Shown here one piece after another: positions 18,160 through 22,612 of a DNA stretch of 22,612 nt (positions are counted from its first letter, which is position 1; each line of letters starts with the position of its first letter). This stretch comes from Campylobacterales bacterium. Lineage in GTDB: Bacteria; Campylobacterota; Campylobacteria; Campylobacterales; Sulfurimonadaceae. The DNA is taken from assembly GCA_038205935.1 (NCBI GenBank), contig JBBRBK010000032.1, forward strand, positions 1-22,612. The letters are read 5' to 3'. Made by a program: the position numbers and the translations under genes. The notes below the pieces were generated by a model that was given only the letters and a program-made list of their open reading frames with translations, did not search any database and was not told the DNA's origin.

Positions 18160-18759
18160 CTATTGGCAGTCTGCTTGGATATTCATATTAAAACTGATAG
18201 TGACATCTGACCATGTTTTACCTTTATGCAGATCATAACATGCTTTGTTGATAGAGGAAAGAGCACCAAGCGCTTTATAATCACCAAGGTCAATCACGCC
18301 ATCCGCTTGCAAGATACCCTTTTCATAATTAAATTTCATCTCAGCTGGATGAGAAACATTATTCATCTTGATATCTACAAAGACGACTCCCGTTATTTTT
18401 GCATTTACATCGCTCTTATCAACTTTAAGATCAGTTATCTTTGCAACAATCCCTTTTTGACTCATCGTATTAAAAAAGAAATCAACCAATTTTTTATCAC
18501 GCGCCGGATTTGCACTATCGACACTTGAAGTATTGATATTTACAGTTGCACCTTTTAACAGAGTTGATAAATCTTTTGCAGATTTTGTGTTATTTACATA
18601 CTCGACATTATTAAATTCACCGCCGACTCCAATTTTGAGTGGTGTCTTATAAGCTTGAAAGCCAACTATAATATCTCCTTTTTGCCCATACTCACACGCA
18701 CCAAAAAGTGAACTTGACAATAATACCGCTACGACAACACTCATTAAGCCCTTATTCAT
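18160..18759 (-). CDS. Periplasmic YceI-like lipid/polyisoprenoid-binding protein
   Basis: Signal peptide; AYKT..K.GVGG.F, INTSSVDSANPARD.KL..FFF, I.MNNV, H.GKTWSDV. AGGAG SD at 18766-18770; TATAAT at 18787-18792. Confidence 0.85.
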   Translation of the reverse strand: MNKGLMSVVVAVLLSSSLFGACEYGQKGDIIVGFQAYKTPLKIGVGGEFNNVEYVNNTKSAKDLSTLLKGATVNINTSSVDSANPARDKKLVDFFFNTMSQKGIVAKITDLKVDKSDVNAKITGVVFVDIKMNNVSHPAEMKFNYEKGILQADGVIDLGDYKALGALSSINKACYDLHKGKTWSDVTISFNMNIQADCQ

Positions 18760-18895
18760 GGCAGACTCCTATTATTTTTTACACATATTATATGCTTTAT
18801 TTCTTAATTATAAACTAATATATATATTAAGCCTTTCTTATAAGGTTATTTAGATATAATTCCGTTCCGCAAATAAATGGCGGTAAAATTTAACT

Positions 18896-18937
18896 AGGGC
18901 ACCTCTAAACTCTATACGTAGAGTTGAGTCGTGTCCT
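18896..18937 (+). promoter_or_regulatory. Long hairpin in the 5' leader of the DEAD-box helicase gene
   Basis: AGGGCAC-CTC-(TA)-AACTCTA-[TACG]-TAGAGTT-GAG-(TC)-GTGTCCT: 17 bp including one G-U, between TATAAT (18855-18860) and ATG 18955. Confidence 0.65.
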
Positions 18938-18954
18938 TAAGCAATGGGATTTAC

Positions 18955-20592
18955 ATGCAAGAAGAAACACTAATTCAGGAAACTGAAGCACCACTAATAA
19001 CGTTTGAATCATTTGGATTCAAAAAAGATTTACTAAGAGCTATCGATCACGCTGGCTTTAAAGTACCAAGCCCGATTCAAGCAGAAGCTATTCCTTTAGT
19101 TATGCAAGGTCGTGATATGGTTGGACAAGCACATACAGGTACAGGTAAAACTGCAGCATTTGGCTTACCAGCATTAAATATGATGGATATGAAATCAGGC
19201 GTTGAAGTTCTTGTTATCACTCCGACTCGCGAACTTGCGACTCAAGTAAGTGACGAACTTTTCAAATACGGACGTAATTTAGGCGCAAACACTGTAACAA
19301 TCTTTGGTGGTAGTTCATATAACCGTCAACTTGACCTTATCAAACGTGGCGCACAAGTTGTTGTTGCTACACCGGGTCGTTTACTTGACCTTTTAAAACG
19401 CAATATGTTGAACAACTTCAATCCAAAAATCGTTGTTTTGGATGAAGCTGATGAGATGCTAGATATGGGATTTTTGGATGATATCAATGAAATCTTTACA
19501 TATCTTCCAACAAGTCGTCAAACACTATTGTTCTCAGCAACAATGCCAGCACCTATCAAAGTTCTAGCTGAGCGTATTTTAAAAAATCCTGCGTTTGTTT
19601 CTATCACTAAAGGTGAGACTACAAACAAAGATATTACTCAAGAATACTATGTTATCGAAGAAAGCGAACGTGATGCTGCGATCATCCGTTTGATGGAATC
19701 TGAAGATATGGATAAAGCGATCGTATTTTGTCGTACAAAACGTGAAGTTGATCGTCTTGCAAATGTTCTTTCAGCTGCAGGATTTATCGCTAATGGTCTT
19801 CACGGAGATATGGAACAACGTCAACGCGAAACAGTTATCAAAGCTGTAAAAGCTGGAAACGTACAAGTTCTTGTTGCAACAGACGTTGCAGCACGTGGTA
19901 TACATGTAAATGATATCACTCACGTATTTAACTACCATATTCCTTTTGATCCTGAAAGTTATGTTCACCGTATCGGTAGAACTGGCCGTGCTGGTAAAGA
20001 AGGAAAAGCAATTACTTTACTAACTCCTTTAGAGTTTAAAGAATTGCAACGTATCAAAGCAAAAGTTGGAACGACTATGGCTCACGCTTACATTCCAAGT
20101 AAAAATGATATGAAAAAATCAACTATCGATTCTCTAGTTGCTTCAATCGAAGAACAACATATTTTTGATGAAGCGCATATGATTTTAGACAAACTTAAAC
20201 AAGATATTGACGAAGAAACTATGCTTTTCAAAATGATTTCTATGTTGTTAGAAAAACAATCGATTCAAGGGCCAAACCATATAGGTATCCCTGCTGATAA
20301 ACTAGAAGGTATTCTTGCTCGTATCAACAACCGTGGCGCAGATAGAGGCGGTTCAGGTAATCGTGGCGGCGCACCACGTCGTGGCGGATATAGAGGCAAC
20401 AATAGCAATAGTAGCCGTCCAAGTGGAAGTGGCGACAGAAACCGTTCAGGTTCTGATAGAGACAGAAACAGCGCTGGTGGCGGAGATCGTCCAAGCGGTG
20501 ATAGAAGTCGTCCAGACAGAGCACCACGTGGAGATCGTCCAGCGAGTGATAGAAACTCAGGTGGCGATAGAAATCGTGGACCAAGATCATAA
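18955..20592 (+). CDS. DEAD-box ATP-dependent RNA helicase (DeaD/CshA-like) with R/G/D/S-rich disordered tail; start probably ATG 18955 rather than GTG 18931
   Basis: Q motif (PSPIQ), AHTGTGKT, PTRELA, TPGRLLD, DEAD, SAT, LHGDMEQ, TDVAARG, HRIGRTGRAG. GGGA precedes ATG 18955; GTG 18931 lies inside the hairpin. Confidence 0.95.
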   Translation: MQEETLIQETEAPLITFESFGFKKDLLRAIDHAGFKVPSPIQAEAIPLVMQGRDMVGQAHTGTGKTAAFGLPALNMMDMKSGVEVLVITPTRELATQVSDELFKYGRNLGANTVTIFGGSSYNRQLDLIKRGAQVVVATPGRLLDLLKRNMLNNFNPKIVVLDEADEMLDMGFLDDINEIFTYLPTSRQTLLFSATMPAPIKVLAERILKNPAFVSITKGETTNKDITQEYYVIEESERDAAIIRLMESEDMDKAIVFCRTKREVDRLANVLSAAGFIANGLHGDMEQRQRETVIKAVKAGNVQVLVATDVAARGIHVNDITHVFNYHIPFDPESYVHRIGRTGRAGKEGKAITLLTPLEFKELQRIKAKVGTTMAHAYIPSKNDMKKSTIDSLVASIEEQHIFDEAHMILDKLKQDIDEETMLFKMISMLLEKQSIQGPNHIGIPADKLEGILARINNRGADRGGSGNRGGAPRRGGYRGNNSNSSRPSGSGDRNRSGSDRDRNSAGGGDRPSGDRSRPDRAPRGDRPASDRNSGGDRNRGPRS

Positions 20593-20595
20593 GCT

Positions 20596-20970
20596 ATGAA
20601 AATCTACGAGGATGAAAACTTTTTTATAGAGATAGAAAAAAGTGAGATTCCTTGGTTAAAGATTTTTACCAAAATAGAATATAAAGAGCTTAGCGACCTT
20701 CCAAAGCCGCTTCGACTCAAACTCTTTGAACTCTACGACATCGTAGAGCTAGAGATGCTTTCCACCTTCAAACCACACAAAATCAATATGGCTTCTTTTG
20801 CAAATATGCTTCCCCGTGTACACTTACATGTAATGGCAAGATATCAAAATGACAGTTATTTTCCAAACTCTATGTGGGGAGAAAAACAGCGCGAGGCGAA
20901 ATTGGATCTTCCAGATTTTGAGCTGTTTTATGTAAAACTACAAGAAAAACTTGAAGGGTTTAATTCTTAA
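20596..20970 (+). CDS. HIT-family protein
   Basis: P.KIN.A...N..P.VHLHV.ARY..D..FP...WG pattern; the first His of the triad is replaced (RVHLH). Confidence 0.85.
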   Translation: MKIYEDENFFIEIEKSEIPWLKIFTKIEYKELSDLPKPLRLKLFELYDIVELEMLSTFKPHKINMASFANMLPRVHLHVMARYQNDSYFPNSMWGEKQREAKLDLPDFELFYVKLQEKLEGFNS

Positions 20971-21295
20971 ACCGAAATCCAAGCTCTTGTAGATTTGTTT
21001 TTAACTTTACTTGCACATCACCTTGAAACTCCATCCAACCATCTTTATAAGTTCCTCCACATGCAAGCTTTTTCTTTACAATTTTTAGTGTCTCGTTTGC
21101 ATCATCTTGACTTAAAAAAAACTCACCCACTAGCATCACAACTTTCCCTCGACGTTTCTCTTTTCTAAAAACTAGAAAGTGCTTCGATGGTATTTTTAAC
21201 TCTTGTGCTATTTCACTTCTACGCGGGGCTACTTCGCTCCAGCCAGCATCTATTTCAGCACCTATGAAAAGATCAAGCTTTGTTCCTCGAGACAC
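20960..21295 (-). CDS. SUI1/eIF1-like (YciH family) translation factor
   Basis: EKRRGKVV, KKKLACGGTYKDG.MEFQGD.....K..L...GF; GTG start. Confidence 0.88.
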   Translation of the reverse strand: MSRGTKLDLFIGAEIDAGWSEVAPRRSEIAQELKIPSKHFLVFRKEKRRGKVVMLVGEFFLSQDDANETLKIVKKKLACGGTYKDGWMEFQGDVQVKLKTNLQELGFRFKN

Positions 21296-21297
21296 TT

Positions 21298-22122
21298 TTA
21301 AAGTACTTTTTGAGCCAAAACACTCATCCCTTCAGCTTCATACTCGCCTGCAACTATTTTAGACATAATCGGGTTTTGACAGTAAAGATTATTATCATAT
21401 AAAGCAACTATCACCTCATCTCCACTTTGTAAGAACGTATGTTCTCCATACTCAGTATAACGAGTCGCACCGATGGAGATAATCATCTCCTGTGGAAACG
21501 AAGCCTCTTTGATTAGAGCTAGGACATCTTGAAGCGGCCCAAAATCTTTTTGAGAATTGATTTGATTTTTTATCCAGTCCAAAAGTTTTTGATGAAAATA
21601 GCTATATCCCGTAAGCGCAACATCTTCGCCATAACGAAAAACGTTTCCACCTCTGCGTAAAAAACTGCATATACGATAGTTATCGATATTTGAGCCTTCA
21701 TCAAAACTTTCTATTTCGATAAGCTGAGAACTTATCCCCTTGGAGTTACTACCCCAGTTTTTTTTGAGACTGATTTTTGGAGCATTTTTTCTAAGCGATA
21801 TATCATTATAAGCAGCGAAATGTGTTGGTGTGATAGAAACGATCTTCCCATCTTCATAAACGAGCTTACATGTAAGCCCTACTTCGGGTTCAGCTTGGAC
21901 GTTTACAATTTCATCAGGAAGTTGGATGGTATCATTTGAAATTGGGTAAGTTCCCAAAAATGTAGCATTTTTTGGGATGTAAAAGGGAAAGATCCCTTTT
22001 GGAGCGGCTTCATCTGCTGTGATAATATCTTTAAAATCTTCAAGCTCTCCGGCTTGCTTCAAATGAAGTGCAAAGTTTCCAGCGATTCCTAAACCTAAGA
22101 AATTTTTATAATCTTTCTCCAA
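21298..22122 (-). CDS. Conserved hypothetical protein (DUF5718-like, recalled) with fumarylacetoacetate-hydrolase-type motifs; start probably TTG 22122
   Basis: AAGGA SD 6 nt before TTG 22122, which avoids overlap with the upstream ABC-F gene. Motifs GIAGNFALH, EPEV, YNDISLR, KKNW, FLQSGDEV. Confidence 0.75.
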   Translation of the reverse strand: MEKDYKNFLGLGIAGNFALHLKQAGELEDFKDIITADEAAPKGIFPFYIPKNATFLGTYPISNDTIQLPDEIVNVQAEPEVGLTCKLVYEDGKIVSITPTHFAAYNDISLRKNAPKISLKKNWGSNSKGISSQLIEIESFDEGSNIDNYRICSFLRRGGNVFRYGEDVALTGYSYFHQKLLDWIKNQINSQKDFGPLQDVLALIKEASFPQEMIISIGATRYTEYGEHTFLQSGDEVIVALYDNNLYCQNPIMSKIVAGEYEAEGMSVLAQKVL

Positions 22123-22147
22123 AACAAATCCTTTTTTAAAAAGTTTT

Positions 22148-22612
22148 TTATACGTAATCAAGAGTACCCGCGTGTTTTGCTTCAGCATACTCTTCATAAG
22201 TACCTTTGAAATCTATATATCTTCCATCAGGCATAATCTCGATAACACGGTTTGCAAATGCATCTAGTAGCTCACGGTCATGTGACACACAGATAACATT
22301 TCCCTCAAAGTTAAAAAGACCCTCGCCTAAAGCAACGATAGCCTCAAGGTCAAGGTGGTTACTTGGCTCATCTAAAACTAAAAAGTTTCCTTGTTCAAGC
22401 ATCAGCTTTGAAAGCATCATTCTGTGTTTTTCACCACCTGAGATTTTTTCAACCGATTTTTCTTGTTGTTCACCGCTAAAAAGCATACGTCCAAGACAGT
22501 TTCTTATCTCTGAGATATCACGTTTTGGATCATATCCGCGTAACCATTCATAGAGCGTTCCATCACCAGAGATCTGATCTGCCGTATCTTGAGGAAAATA
22601 GCTTCGCTCAAC
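22148..22612 (-). CDS. ABC-F family ATPase (YbiT-like), 3' part; runs off the window edge
   Basis: Frame is open to 22612: VERSYFPQD...TLYEWL...IRNCLGRMLFSG...ISGGEKHRM, LVLDEPSNHLD, VSHDRE, DFKGTYEEY. Confidence 0.92.
   Translation of the reverse strand, partial: VERSYFPQDTADQISGDGTLYEWLRGYDPKRDISEIRNCLGRMLFSGEQQEKSVEKISGGEKHRMMLSKLMLEQGNFLVLDEPSNHLDLEAIVALGEGLFNFEGNVICVSHDRELLDAFANRVIEIMPDGRYIDFKGTYEEYAEAKHAGTLDYV

Noticed and set aside
18816..18829. TAATATATATATTA palindrome / AT run between divergent promoters
   Set aside because: Expected by chance in a very AT-rich promoter region; no second copy noticed.
20315..20599. Overlapping ORFs 20315-20599 (+) and 20324-20590 (-) with repetitive V/E/I/Q or H/L/D content
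   Set aside because: They are by-products of the low-complexity helicase tail. The repeats are in-frame coding duplications, not a CRISPR array.
21298..22122. FAH-like protein as the beta-diketone (P-HPD) hydrolase of the lsrK module
   Set aside because: Chemically conceivable, but it lies 15 kb away in an unrelated operon, so the sequence gives no link.
22123..22197. N-terminal extension of the 299-aa ORF
   Set aside because: It overlaps the ABC-F 3' end; TTG 22122 has a good AAGGA SD.

Overview
AT-rich chromosomal window from a Campylobacterota (epsilonproteobacterial, Sulfurimonas/Sulfuricurvum-like) genome; the taxon is inferred from protein features and TGnTAnAAT promoters. Most genes are housekeeping: 5' half of dnaX, rho, murI, pgi, an ArsRS/RacRS-like two-component pair, an OprD-family porin-feoA-feoB operon behind two Fur boxes, a pssA-like gene, a YceI-family gene, a DEAD-box helicase, HIT, SUI1/YciH, a FAH-like protein and the 3' part of a YbiT-like ABC-F ATPase. 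No rRNA, tRNA, CRISPR or mobile element was seen. The most notable feature is a three-gene module coupled behind rho-murI: an LsrG-like ABM protein, a stand-alone RhaEW-type class II aldolase domain and a clear LsrK (AI-2/DPD kinase). There is no lsrACDB, lsrR or lsrF in the window, so this is a candidate non-canonical DPD/AI-2 salvage route in which a metal aldolase replaces the LsrF thiolase. Other points: an EAL-CBS-GGDEF gene with a pho-box-like repeat and an apparently leaderless start, a Cache-HAMP-MCP-CZB chemoreceptor broken by a frameshift, and a long hairpin in the helicase 5' leader.
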